A stretch of 64,000 nucleotides of DNA, taken from Candidatus Woesearchaeota archaeon (GTDB lineage: Archaea > Nanobdellota > Nanobdellia > Woesearchaeales > GW2011-AR4). The DNA lies in contig JACPIE010000040.1 in NCBI GenBank assembly GCA_016188245.1, positions 64,365 to 128,364 on the forward strand, in the 5' to 3' direction. Below are positions 29,201 to 38,330 of this stretch, piece by piece. The translations under genes were made by a program, and so were the position numbers. The notes under the pieces are model-generated. The model saw only the letters and a program-made list of their open reading frames with translations, had not been told where the DNA came from and did not search any database. The first letter of the stretch is position 1; each line of letters begins with the position of its first letter.

Positions 29201-29911
29201 AATGAAACTCTTTTGTCATGCGACAATTCAAGCAATGGCCAATACGCCTGCTTTGATACGGGAGCAAGATACAAGATAACAGGATTAAGCCATTCTGCTG
29301 TCAAAGAGCAGTGCAGAGACAATGATGGGGATGGATTCGGCACAGGGTGCGCCGCAGGAAATGACTGCAATGACAACGATGCATCTAAAACCACTTCCTG
29401 CTCAAGCGGAAGCAGCTCATCCGGCAGTTCTGGCGGCGGTGGAGGAGGTGGCGGTGGAGGAGGCGGAGGGGCATTCTTTGTCTGCAACATGGAGTGGAAA
29501 TGCAATGAATGGTCTGCATGCATTGATGCAGCGCAAGCAAGGCAGTGTGATTATGTAAAGGTGCCGCAGCACACTTCCGATATACAATGCCAAATCCTTT
29601 CAGGCCCTCCAATAACAAGCCAAAAATGTGAAGCTGAAAAAAATATTGCATTGTCAGCAGAAACCTGCAGCGACAATATCAAAAACCAGAATGAGGAAAA
29701 TATTGACTGCGGAGGAAACTGCAAGCCATGTATAATTGAAAAGGATGAGAATGCAACTGCGGCAGGGCAGGCTTCAAAAATAGGAAACCAAATAACCGGA
29801 TTTGCTGCCAAAAGCATCACCATAAAAGCCAATGCTTTTATGATTTCGGTTGTTTTAGCCGCTGCAGCCATATCTGCAGCTTTATGGGTGAAATTCAAGA
29901 AATCAGGCTAG
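26282..29911 (+). CDS. Membrane-anchored S8 subtilisin-like serine protease with Ig-like/Cys-rich C-terminus
   Basis: VIDSGID, HGTHVSG, AAGN, GTSMSAP; Ser/Gly-run linker; C-terminal TM. Confidence 0.92.
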   Translation: MQRGWLVILIIVMAAAYSVSVDSKSHKEIEDIFGSEEETEVIVVLYDDYGALSEFGISNYEYKDDFEMKKMMVKGQQERVFKDLKIKKKNVISAQSDYDFETTNTYSTVNGFAGKLKKSSYEKLKNNPKVLKIIKSGTKSLVLDASVPQVNATNAQRLIYNEMNITGKGESVCVIDSGIDYTHQNLGGCTTDTFLAGNCSKVIVGHDFKNNDNDPIDDQGHGTHVSGIIASANETFRGVAPDATLVAIKVCDSTSGGNCADSDVVAGIDWCVNNASKYNISVISMSLGGGSFTSHCDDESSESVFKTAIDNAISRNISVIVAAGNSGSTTDISSPACIRNATSVGSVTKADAISSFSNRNSITDLLAPGSSIKSTVPTSGCINCDSSGFVTLSGTSMSAPHAAGAFALLRQYRRLEQNITLTPAQIQNALNNTGKQIADSGSGLTFSRINIYQAILSLDVTAPTISFSNPTPANNTKTSINSLYISITSNEILLAALLEFNGTNETMNRNGLNWFKNKTVPNNQNSSYSYKVWGNDSSGNAAVTEFRIFISNNTAPFISYFAPAELNFSIAESNSNFTFNISFFDAENDGISITWRQNASISKTNSNFTFQNNFSASGFYNITVEIFDGNFTASMEWNMAVSNSNFAPNIASVNLTNTDFLNRTNGTLRAFWSFSDLDGDSITANETSWYINNSLISDYSNKTFIDSANTTKLENWTFSVRVFDGFNWSDFANSSKITILNSKPVMNITNAPIAVQETQLVNITLDGSDLDGDALVFTSNKNELAVSGNALLWHTNLTSSGIYTVNISINDSADTDSAAVNITVTDARDLDSDGNPDFNDTDDDNDGISDENDFLVGNLSSINTTAQLGITINEASNLSKLFNGTFSIAITNGSETFMEFNFTFNSGNVLDFGNLTINRTTNGSSAVSIRGLRLPANATKTVFLEKINSTVKSVCIKDADAGFDAISSSCDGANETLLSCDNSSNGQYACFDTGARYKITGLSHSAVKEQCRDNDGDGFGTGCAAGNDCNDNDASKTTSCSSGSSSSGSSGGGGGGGGGGGGGAFFVCNMEWKCNEWSACIDAAQARQCDYVKVPQHTSDIQCQILSGPPITSQKCEAEKNIALSAETCSDNIKNQNEENIDCGGNCKPCIIEKDENATAAGQASKIGNQITGFAAKSITIKANAFMISVVLAAAAISAALWVKFKKSG

Positions 29912-29919
29912 GCAGAATT

Positions 29920-30612
29920 CTATTTCACGCTTACAGTTATCAGCTCCATCCTTTCTATGTCGCTTAAGTCAACCAAAGGCTTCGGGAATTTGCTGTAGTC
30001 GTCAAGTATCCTGTTGCATGCTGTGTTGACCCAGCACTGTATGAACGGGAAATTCTCAATTTGGCTAAAATCCAAGGTGTCAAAAGCAAAGATATAGCAG
30101 TTCTTGTCCTTAAGCTGTTTTTTTAATTCGACTGCCTTCCTGAAATTATTCTGCCCCGGCTTCAGTGAAACAAGTATCCCTATTTCAGTTGCATCCAGGA
30201 ATTTCAGGTAAGCCCCTTTTCTTTTTTTGTTGTGCCTCTCGATTTCTGCGCGGTCTATCTTCGACATGATTGCATTAACCGGATCATAGCAAAACACATC
30301 CTTGTCAATGCTCAAGGCAATTCCCAGCGGGTGAAAAACGCCCGTTCCTATATAAAGGAAAGCATCAACATTGTCCTTTACTTTTTCTGCAGCTCCTGTG
30401 TCGCAGCCAAGCAATTGCCCATCATATTTTTGCCTAAGCTTATCAGCGAATATTGTCTTGCCCCTGCTTTCCAGATACTCCCTAATTTCATCAAAATAAT
30501 CAAGGAACTGCACGGTCGTGGCTAATCCTATTGTTCTCGGCAATGCCCCTGCATCCAAATTCGACAGGTCAATTTTGCCTTTGTAGCGCCCTTCAACCAT
30601 CATGATTTTCAT
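29920..30612 (-). CDS. dph2: Diphthamide biosynthesis protein Dph2 (short form)
   Basis: TTVQF, GQLLGCD, GTGVFH, SLKPGQ, VNTACNRI. Confidence 0.85.
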   Translation of the reverse strand: MKIMMVEGRYKGKIDLSNLDAGALPRTIGLATTVQFLDYFDEIREYLESRGKTIFADKLRQKYDGQLLGCDTGAAEKVKDNVDAFLYIGTGVFHPLGIALSIDKDVFCYDPVNAIMSKIDRAEIERHNKKRKGAYLKFLDATEIGILVSLKPGQNNFRKAVELKKQLKDKNCYIFAFDTLDFSQIENFPFIQCWVNTACNRILDDYSKFPKPLVDLSDIERMELITVSVK

Positions 30613-30776
30613 AGGCTTTGTATTGCTGCACTGCTTTTAAATGTTTTGGGAATTTTTCTTCGATTTTTCCGCTTTGCATGCCGGCTTGGTCAATTAAAAT
30701 AAAAGCCCAATCTTTTCTTTTACCACATTGAAGTACATACAATCATTTTTAAACATTAATTCCAGAATCAAGGATA

Positions 30777-32684
30777 ATGGCTGAGTTAAAGAGGGCCCTG
30801 GGCTTTTGGACTGTGCTATCCCTTGCTATTGCGTCAATAATGGGCACGGGCCTGTTCTTTGGGGCTGCAGTAGGCTCAAGCTACTCAGGCAATGCATCCA
30901 TCATTGCATGGGTAATATTGACGGCCATTGCCATTATTATAAGCCTCTACTTCGCTGAGCTTTCATCAATGTACCCAAAGGCAGGCGGAGTTTACGAGTT
31001 CAGCAAGCAGTCTTACGGCAGGTTTTTTTCGTTTTTAATGGGGTGGATTGCATGGCTTGTCGGCAACCTGACAACTTCACTGCTTGTTGTTGCTGCAATT
31101 GACTACATGCTGCCTGACGAATCAAAATTTTGGCTGAAATTTGGGATATGCGTGCTGTTCATTATCGCCTTGAACCTTGTGGCTTATGTCGGCATTGAGG
31201 CAAGCGCGTTGCTCCTTGTGGTTTTTGCAATGGCTTCCATAGGTGTGCTGCTTTCCATCATACTTCCGGGCTTTTTATTTGTCAATACTTCAAATTATTT
31301 TCCGTTTTTTTCGTTTGGGGTAACTTCAATCATCGTAGCAATATTCTTTCTTACCGAGAGCTTCTTTGGGTGGGAAAGCGCAACTTACCTTGCTGAAGAA
31401 ACCCAGGAGCCGGAAAAGACAATACCCAAAGCGATTATAATTGGAACGGTGATTGTGGGCATTCTGGGAATCCTGATGAATGTGGTATCTCTGGGGGTTG
31501 TTCCGTGGAAAGCGCTTGCTTCATCAAATGCGCCGCTTGCCCTGGTTTCTGAAAAGGCGATTGGAATTGTCGGGATGAAAGCCGTCAATTTTGGGATTCT
31601 TATTGCGCTGATAGGCTCTGCTGCCAGCAGCATAATAACAATGCCAAGGCTTATACTTGCCCTTGCAAGGGACAAGCTGTTTATATCGCAGCTAAGCGCC
31701 ATTCATGAAAAGTTTAAGACCCCCCATAAAGCGATAATCTTCCAGTCAATTGTCTCATTATTGGTTTTGGCAATGGCATTTGGAAAATACAGGGCTTTGC
31801 TCAGCCTGCTGCTGCCCCTTGGCCTTGTAATGTACGTGTTTGTCGTGATATCGGTGCCTATTCTGAGAAAAAAAGAGCCAGGCATGCCAAGAAACTACAA
31901 AGTGCCTTTTGCAAAAACAACATCTGTGCTCTTGGTTTCATTTATAATTGTGATGGCTGCCCTGTGGGTTTTTTCTGACACATCTGCATTAAACACCCTC
32001 AAGCTCGCCATTTCGCTTGTTTTTGTCGGCATGCCCATATATCTGCTGCTTGAGATATACTACAACCCGGATGCAATAATAAAGATGAATGATATGCTTG
32101 CCTACCTGACTCTGCTGACAGAAAGGATAATCCTGCCCAAAAATGTCAGGAAAGAGATACTCGCGCTTCTTGGCGACGTGAAAGGGAAAAAAATCCTGGA
32201 ATTCGGCTGCTCAGTGGGAACTTTGACTTTGCACCTGGCTGAAGCTGTCAGCGCAAGCGGCAGAGTTTATGCAACAGACCTGTCAACAAGGGACTTGTCC
32301 ATAACAAAAAAAAGGCTTGTTAAGCATGGGCACACCCACGTCATTGTAATCCACGACGAGCACCAGGTGAACCGAGTCCATCCTTCAATACCCTATGTTG
32401 ATGCAATTGTAAGCATAGGCATGATGGGCTACCTGCAGGACGTAAAAAAAGTTTTGAAGGAAATGCGCGACTTGCTGCCTTACGGAGGAAAGATAGTCTT
32501 TGCGGATTATGCCGATTTTTTTGGCATAATACCCAATGTAGCATGGCTTTCAAGCGACAAGATGATAGAAAAAATGTTCAGGGATGCCGGATTTTCCGTC
32601 TTTGTAACAAGGAAAAAAGGAATGTTCTGGAATTATGTCTATGTTTACGGCATCAAGTTCCATGAAAATGTGCCTTATGTCTAG
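30777..32684 (+). CDS. APC amino-acid permease fused to class I SAM-methyltransferase-like domain
   Basis: LKRALG..., AELSSMYPKAGG, GWES...AEET..PEKTIPKA, then ILEFGCSVGTL and ATDLS (SAM motif I/II-like). Confidence 0.85.
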   Translation: MAELKRALGFWTVLSLAIASIMGTGLFFGAAVGSSYSGNASIIAWVILTAIAIIISLYFAELSSMYPKAGGVYEFSKQSYGRFFSFLMGWIAWLVGNLTTSLLVVAAIDYMLPDESKFWLKFGICVLFIIALNLVAYVGIEASALLLVVFAMASIGVLLSIILPGFLFVNTSNYFPFFSFGVTSIIVAIFFLTESFFGWESATYLAEETQEPEKTIPKAIIIGTVIVGILGILMNVVSLGVVPWKALASSNAPLALVSEKAIGIVGMKAVNFGILIALIGSAASSIITMPRLILALARDKLFISQLSAIHEKFKTPHKAIIFQSIVSLLVLAMAFGKYRALLSLLLPLGLVMYVFVVISVPILRKKEPGMPRNYKVPFAKTTSVLLVSFIIVMAALWVFSDTSALNTLKLAISLVFVGMPIYLLLEIYYNPDAIIKMNDMLAYLTLLTERIILPKNVRKEILALLGDVKGKKILEFGCSVGTLTLHLAEAVSASGRVYATDLSTRDLSITKKRLVKHGHTHVIVIHDEHQVNRVHPSIPYVDAIVSIGMMGYLQDVKKVLKEMRDLLPYGGKIVFADYADFFGIIPNVAWLSSDKMIEKMFRDAGFSVFVTRKKGMFWNYVYVYGIKFHENVPYV

Positions 32685-33079
32685 CTGTTTATAAAAACTA
32701 TCCCGTTGATTTTTGTTATTTTATTGCTTCCCTTCACTATGCTGCCGGTTACATTTATCGGCAGGAATTTTACATATTCTTCATCAAGAAAAATCACAGA
32801 AAGCTCCCTGTTGTCGGTTATAGATATGCTGTAGTTAATTCCGTTGACTTTTTGGGGCATCTCAAAAGCTCTCGAGTAGCCGTCATTCACTGATTTTGCA
32901 TTTTCTATTTCGCGATATGCAAATTCCGCAGTGCTCTCTGCAATTTTTCTGTTGCTCTCCAGCCTTGCTTCGGTCATTCTTGAGCTTGCAAGCGAGAAAA
33001 AGCCGAGTATTATCAGGAGCATGAAAGAAGCCAGCACTACAAATTCCATTGCAGACTGGGATTTTTGCATTTTATGCAT
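32681..33079 (-). CDS. Pilin-like protein with class III signal peptide
   Basis: KSQSAMEF followed by a hydrophobic helix. Confidence 0.8.
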   Translation of the reverse strand: MHKMQKSQSAMEFVVLASFMLLIILGFFSLASSRMTEARLESNRKIAESTAEFAYREIENAKSVNDGYSRAFEMPQKVNGINYSISITDNRELSVIFLDEEYVKFLPINVTGSIVKGSNKITKINGIVFINS

Positions 33080-33080
33080 T

Positions 33081-33539
33081 TTAGGTTACTTTAAGGAGTA
33101 TGGAGCCGGCGCTTATGGCAGATATTTCAAGCTTCTTAAGCCCGGAGCTTGCAAGCTCCGGCAGTTTGCAGACATTTGCCTCGCAGTTCAAGCCGGTTAT
33201 ATTGACGGATGAAAAGAACACGATTTCAGATGCGCCGAAATTTGTGGAGATGTTGAAGACAAGCTCCCTGTTGTCTATTATCATGGCAGCCTCTATATTG
33301 TCAGGGACATTTAATTCAAGTGTCGATTTTGAGCCTTCTCCGGAATAAAAAATAACCTCGGCAGTGTCAACAATGCTCCTGCCAAGCTTGGTTGTCTGCG
33401 CATCAATTATCTCCTCGCTTGATTCTTTTGAATAGTTATAGAACAGGTAAGTTGTTGGCACTATAATCACGAAAGTCAGCGCCACGACCATCAGGTATTC
33501 GAGCGATGACTGGGAAGGCTTGAATTTTGCAAATTTCAT
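33081..33539 (-). CDS. Pilin-like protein with class III signal peptide
   Basis: KPSQSSLEYL followed by a hydrophobic helix. Confidence 0.75.
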   Translation of the reverse strand: MKFAKFKPSQSSLEYLMVVALTFVIIVPTTYLFYNYSKESSEEIIDAQTTKLGRSIVDTAEVIFYSGEGSKSTLELNVPDNIEAAMIIDNRELVFNISTNFGASEIVFFSSVNITGLNCEANVCKLPELASSGLKKLEISAISAGSILLKVT

Positions 33540-33552
33540 CAGGCAGCTGCCG

Positions 33553-34023
33553 TTAACTGGATGTGATTTTTCCATTTATTTTACCGCGTATTACATGTTC
33601 CGGTTTGCTCGGGGTATCCGGGGCGTGATAGCTCATTGATATCTTCAGCTCAATCCTTTCATTTGCAAGATAGCCGCCGCCCGAGCAGGATGCGAATGTG
33701 ATTTCCTTTTCCGTCGAGTGCGGCCATTCAAAACCCGGAGGAGCGGAGCATGCAACCGGAGGCACTGCATCGTTCGTTATCTGGAGCGAGGTTACATTGA
33801 TGTCTTCTCCAAGGTTATTGGCAAGCTTGATCTGCACATTTTCAGGGCTCAGCCCAAAATCAATGCACTTAAACTGCGAGGGAAAAACGCATTTTTGCGG
33901 GAGGTATTTCCCGAAATCAAATATTCCGAAATAATACAGCGCAATTATCGTTATCACGATGACAAAAAATGACCATGCGTATGTCGTAAGAAATTCCAGG
34001 GCTGCCTGTGACTTGCTGCGCAT
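33553..34023 (-). CDS. Archaeal pilin (class III signal peptide)
   Basis: KSQAALEFLTTYAW; paralogue of 34119..34616. Confidence 0.85.
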   Translation of the reverse strand: MRSKSQAALEFLTTYAWSFFVIVITIIALYYFGIFDFGKYLPQKCVFPSQFKCIDFGLSPENVQIKLANNLGEDINVTSLQITNDAVPPVACSAPPGFEWPHSTEKEITFASCSGGGYLANERIELKISMSYHAPDTPSKPEHVIRGKINGKITSS

Positions 34024-34118
34024 TTTTACCTCTTTTTTGCAATATATCCTTAAGGCATTTTTCAAATAAAAAAATTAAAGAATTCGGTATATAAAATTTG
34101 CGCTTCTGCCTATCCTGC

Positions 34119-34616
34119 CTAAATCACTCCGGAGAATATTTCCCCGTTTACTTCTTTGGCATAGCTTGAGCCGCTGGATACTGAGAAGTACCTGAGCTTG
34201 AACAGCACTTTTCCTTTCTCGCCGGCAACCATGCCGGTTTGAGCTGTATTGCAGCCGCTCCATGAAAAGTCAATTATCTCGCCGGTTTTCCATGATGTTG
34301 CGTTTGCAGGTCCCGTTGAGCATGAGTATTGCGTGCTGGTTTCGCTGCTCAGCAATATAGACTGCACAGTAACTGGCTCGCCGGCATTATTCTTGAGCCT
34401 TACCTTGAACGTGTTGTCTGTAGCTGAAATCTGGAAGTCAAGGCATTCAAATTCAGGGCCTACATTGCACCTGTTTGGCAGTACCTTGCTAGGGCTTAAA
34501 ATCCCGAAATATGCAAGCGTCCCGACCATAATCAGTATAACCAGGAATGCCCAGCCGTATGTTGTTAAAAACTCCAATGCTGCCTGCGATTTTTTCTGTA
34601 ATCTCTTAAATGCCAT
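34119..34616 (-). CDS. Archaeal pilin (class III signal peptide)
   Basis: KKSQAALEFLTTYGWAFLVILIMVGTLAYFG. Confidence 0.85.
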   Translation of the reverse strand: MAFKRLQKKSQAALEFLTTYGWAFLVILIMVGTLAYFGILSPSKVLPNRCNVGPEFECLDFQISATDNTFKVRLKNNAGEPVTVQSILLSSETSTQYSCSTGPANATSWKTGEIIDFSWSGCNTAQTGMVAGEKGKVLFKLRYFSVSSGSSYAKEVNGEIFSGVI

Positions 34617-34848
34617 ATTTACCAGCCCTTTTTTGGTTTTTTATTTTTCCTTTGTCATGTTCCTTTACATAAAACAATATTCCGAGTATTATCAAGAGCA
34701 GCAGTGAATTGACAAGCGAAAGCACCAGGTTCATTGAGCCAAGGTCGCTGTCCTTCAGGCCTGCAGTTACATACACTCCGATTATCATAGTCAGAATAAC
34801 AACAATTGCAGTCAAGAATTTGTATGGAATTTGCGCGCTATTTCCCAT
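34606..34848 (-). CDS. Small two-TM protein
   Basis: 80 aa, two hydrophobic segments, upstream TTTATAAA box. Confidence 0.6.
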   Translation of the reverse strand: MGNSAQIPYKFLTAIVVILTMIIGVYVTAGLKDSDLGSMNLVLSLVNSLLLLIILGILFYVKEHDKGKIKNQKRAGKYGI

Positions 34849-34973
34849 TTTTGCTCTTTTTTTAATGTCTTTTTTTAATGCTCTTTTTTATCTTCTTTTT
34901 TATCTTTTTATTTTTATTTGCGTCCTTGTTTATAAACTTTTCGATTTTAGCGTTTATTGCAAATCATGGCTCG

Positions 34974-35999
34974 TCAGGTTATTCCCGCAAAAAGTGTCCC
35001 AAGCACCTTCATGAAAACTGCATAAAACAGGATTGAGCCGGAAACATATATGGGAATGTATTTCACCCCGCCTTTCATGTCGCCTTTCTCGACGATAGAA
35101 ACTATGAGGGAAGAAAAGAAGGATATCACAAAAATCGAGATTACCGAGAATATCTTGAAGTCCTGCGGATTCACATTAATTTTTGAAAACGCAAATGGCA
35201 GGGCACCTACCCTTTGGGTGGCCGATGACAGCTGCCCTACAAAATTTGTGATTATGGCAAGCAGGTGGAACGAAAGCGCAAAAAGCAGCGGGCTTATCAC
35301 CACAACAATAACCGAGATGAATATCATGTATGCAATTGCCGATGCAGACATCTCGTTCTTCAAAGATTTTGTTTCCTTCAGGTTGTCCACGAGCCTGTCT
35401 ATGAGCTGGGATACATTGCCGCCGCTCTCCACTTCGGTGATTATCAGGTCAACTGTCCGCCTGAGCATCAGTGAATCATATTTGTCCGCGAGCTCTGTTA
35501 AAGCCTTTCCTATCTCATAGCCTGTCATCACTTTTTTTGAAGATTTCGCCATTTCGGAGCCGAGCACGTTGAAGCGCGGCTTGACAGCTGCCCACAGCGC
35601 CCTTTCAAAAGTCATCCCTCCTTTTAGATTGGAAGAAAGCACCTGAAGAAAGTCCGGCAGCTGGTCTTCCATTTTTCTTGTCCTGTGGTATATTTTCAGG
35701 TCCAGGTAAAAGTAAACAAGAAGCATGAACAAAGTCGCAAAGAATATCTGAATCATGAACCATCCGAAAAAAGAATAAAAATAGATTTCAAGAAGCGAAA
35801 ATTTTTTTAGGTAAGGGTAGATGAATGCAATAAAGATTAAAGTGGTTATAAGGGCAGAGATATAAAACAGCGCTCCGAAAAGCCTGTATGGAACTTCATT
35901 AAAGCCGGCTTTAAGCAGGTATTTTTTCAGGATTGGCGCGGCTTTTTTCGGCACAAACGCCTTTCCAAACTCCTCCAGGAAAATTATTTTCAATGCCAT
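34974..35999 (-). CDS. Type II/IV secretion system F-family (TadC/PilC-like) membrane platform protein
   Basis: MEDQLPDFLQVLSSNLKGGMTFERAL...ESGGN. Confidence 0.9.
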   Translation of the reverse strand: MALKIIFLEEFGKAFVPKKAAPILKKYLLKAGFNEVPYRLFGALFYISALITTLIFIAFIYPYLKKFSLLEIYFYSFFGWFMIQIFFATLFMLLVYFYLDLKIYHRTRKMEDQLPDFLQVLSSNLKGGMTFERALWAAVKPRFNVLGSEMAKSSKKVMTGYEIGKALTELADKYDSLMLRRTVDLIITEVESGGNVSQLIDRLVDNLKETKSLKNEMSASAIAYMIFISVIVVVISPLLFALSFHLLAIITNFVGQLSSATQRVGALPFAFSKINVNPQDFKIFSVISIFVISFFSSLIVSIVEKGDMKGGVKYIPIYVSGSILFYAVFMKVLGTLFAGIT

Positions 36000-36809
36000 C
36001 TACAGGTTCACCATCGGCCTTATTGACCTGAAGAATGTTATGAACAGGAACTGCAGGACAACAAGGAATAATGTAAAAATTAGCAGGTCATTCCAGCCAA
36101 TCGAAAGGTTTACCAGGCTGGATATTATGATGAATAATGCGACTCCCAGGCTCGGCAGTATTACTGCACCGAGCATGTAAAAAATAACAAGAGTGTTGAG
36201 CTTTTTGCCGTATTTCTTTATTTCCAGCTCCTCTTCTTTTGTTATCTCTTCCAGCACTGACTCGAGCGGCTTTGTTACGTCAATGCCTAGCTGCAGGGCA
36301 TTGTTTATGTGGAAGAGTATACTTCTCAGCTTGTCCGAAGGAGAGTATATCATTGCGCTGTTCAGCGCGTCCTCTATCGTGTTGCCCGTGCCTATGTCAT
36401 CCACTATCTCCTTGATATATTTTGAGGCTATACCCCTGCCTTCCGCAGTCTCGATAAGCGCGTTAAGCAGCGGCCTTCCTGAATAAAGCTTCACCAAAAG
36501 GTACCTGCCGACAAACAGGACTTCCTTGTTCACTTCCCTTTCCCGTTTCCTGATTTTTGCCTTTACACTTAAAATGAAATATTCGAAAAACAAGACAAAT
36601 ACGATGATGAATGCAGGAAGCGCCAGGATCAATGAGAGGCCTGCCTTCTGAAAAACAAAAAGGAGAAGAAATGAAAATAAAAAAGAATAAAGAACGCTAA
36701 GCTTAAGCTTGCTTTTTATGAACTGCCTTGGTGTATACGGCAAATGCGCTATCCTCATCTCTGTCTTGAGGCGCGGAAAAAGGAGGGCTATCCTGTTTAA
36801 AGCTCCAAT
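36000..36809 (-). CDS. Second T2SSF-family (TadB-like) membrane protein; start uncertain
   Basis: SGRPLLNAL...GNTIEDAL...LGIDV; position between the ATPase and TadC. No ATG near the expected start; ATT at 36809 follows GGTG. Confidence 0.8.
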   Translation of the reverse strand: MGALNRIALLFPRLKTEMRIAHLPYTPRQFIKSKLKLSVLYSFLFSFLLLFVFQKAGLSLILALPAFIIVFVLFFEYFILSVKAKIRKREREVNKEVLFVGRYLLVKLYSGRPLLNALIETAEGRGIASKYIKEIVDDIGTGNTIEDALNSAMIYSPSDKLRSILFHINNALQLGIDVTKPLESVLEEITKEEELEIKKYGKKLNTLVIFYMLGAVILPSLGVALFIIISSLVNLSIGWNDLLIFTLFLVVLQFLFITFFRSIRPMVNL

Positions 36810-36811
36810 CT

Positions 36812-38272
36812 TTAAGCACCGCCTTTGATTTGCATGAACGGCCTGTTGTGGTAATATTTTGACATTAGCAGCCCTATCTTGTTGACATCGTTTATGTTTT
36901 TGGCAGCCATCCATTTCAGTATTTTTATTTTTGACTGCATGTCTGCATATACGTCCTGCTTCTGAAGCCCTGTGTAAAGGCTTAAAGTCTCTATGATTGC
37001 CAGCGGCTCGTTAACTATTTCGAGGCTGTCTTTGATAGGGTTAAGCTGCATTAAAAGCCGCCCGTCGCCATTCGGCAGCACTTCCGCAATCTGCAATGTC
37101 CTTCTTCTCCCTGTTCTTCTGTTGATGTGCTGCACGGCAATCAGCGAAAGCGCTGAAAGCATCTGCTTGGGCAGGTCTATGGGGGGATTTGTAAGCCTGT
37201 TTACTGTTTCCCTTACATTGTTTGCGTGCAGTGTCCCGTAAACTGAATGCCCGGTGTGCATTGCCTCAAACAGCACTTCGGCTTCTTTTCTTCTCCTTAT
37301 CTCCCCTACAACAATCCTGTCGGGCCTCATCCTCAATGCATTGACAATCAAGTCGAGCATTTCTATGCCGCCTTTTCCCTCAGGATTAGGCAGCCTCGTT
37401 TCCAATGGCACCCAGTGCAAAATGCTTGGAAGCATGATTTCTCTTGTGTCCTCAATCGAGATTATTCTCTGGTTCGGTGGGAAAAAATTTGCAATTGCAT
37501 TAAGCATGCTTGTTTTTCCGGATGCCGTGCCTCCTGCAACAATTATTGACATCTCGTTCTGCACAGCCAGCCACATCAAGGCGGCCCCCTCATACGAGAT
37601 TGTCCTTTCTTTTATGAAATCTGTTATTGTCCACGGCTTCACTGCAAATTTTCTTATTGTTATTGTATTGCCTTTTGAGGATATCGGAGACAAAGTCGCA
37701 TTTACCCTGTCGCCCGTCTTCAAGTGGGCATCCATCAATGGGTTCAGTATGGTAATCTCCTTTCCGACATCCCTGCCGATTGATGTGGAATAATGCCTTA
37801 TCCTTGACTCGCTTGGCACAACCACATTTGTTTTCAGCCAGCCGTAGCGCCTGTGGTAGACCCATACCGGCTCCTTTGAGCTGTTTATCACTATCTCCTC
37901 AAGATTGGTGTCTTTGAGCAGTATGTCGAGATTGCCGAGCCCGATATTCTGCTGCAGGATATAGTTGATGAGCATGTCCATTGTCTTCTTGTCTGCGCTT
38001 GGGAAATATTTTGCAAGAAGCTTCAGGATTTTTTCCTTGAACTGCTCCTGTATGTCATATACGCTTGCCTCTTCGCTCAAGGTTTTTGTCTCCTCTGCAA
38101 CGAATTCATCCCTTATCTTCTCAAGAATCAGCTTTGTAGTGTCGCTGATGTTGGTTATGGAGATGCTGTACAGCGGCACAGGCTCCTCTTCCTTCGAGAT
38201 TATAGTGACATCAACCACTATGTCATTCACATTCAGCTCGTAAGCGTCAATTATTTTTTGGCCGGCTTCCAT
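36812..38272 (-). CDS. Type IV pilus assembly ATPase (CpaF/VirB11 family)
   Basis: GGTASGKTS, ISIEDTRE, ALRMRPDRIVVGEIR, HTGH...TLHAN. Confidence 0.95.
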   Translation of the reverse strand: MEAGQKIIDAYELNVNDIVVDVTIISKEEEPVPLYSISITNISDTTKLILEKIRDEFVAEETKTLSEEASVYDIQEQFKEKILKLLAKYFPSADKKTMDMLINYILQQNIGLGNLDILLKDTNLEEIVINSSKEPVWVYHRRYGWLKTNVVVPSESRIRHYSTSIGRDVGKEITILNPLMDAHLKTGDRVNATLSPISSKGNTITIRKFAVKPWTITDFIKERTISYEGAALMWLAVQNEMSIIVAGGTASGKTSMLNAIANFFPPNQRIISIEDTREIMLPSILHWVPLETRLPNPEGKGGIEMLDLIVNALRMRPDRIVVGEIRRRKEAEVLFEAMHTGHSVYGTLHANNVRETVNRLTNPPIDLPKQMLSALSLIAVQHINRRTGRRRTLQIAEVLPNGDGRLLMQLNPIKDSLEIVNEPLAIIETLSLYTGLQKQDVYADMQSKIKILKWMAAKNINDVNKIGLLMSKYYHNRPFMQIKGGA

Positions 38273-38330
38273 TTTTCAAATGATAGCTTATTGAAATTAG
38301 ATAGTTTATTGTTTATTGCACGTCTTTATT

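Noticed and set aside
29400..29471. GGC/GGA-rich low-complexity tract as a nucleotide repeat element
   Set aside because: It encodes an ordinary Ser/Gly linker within the protease.
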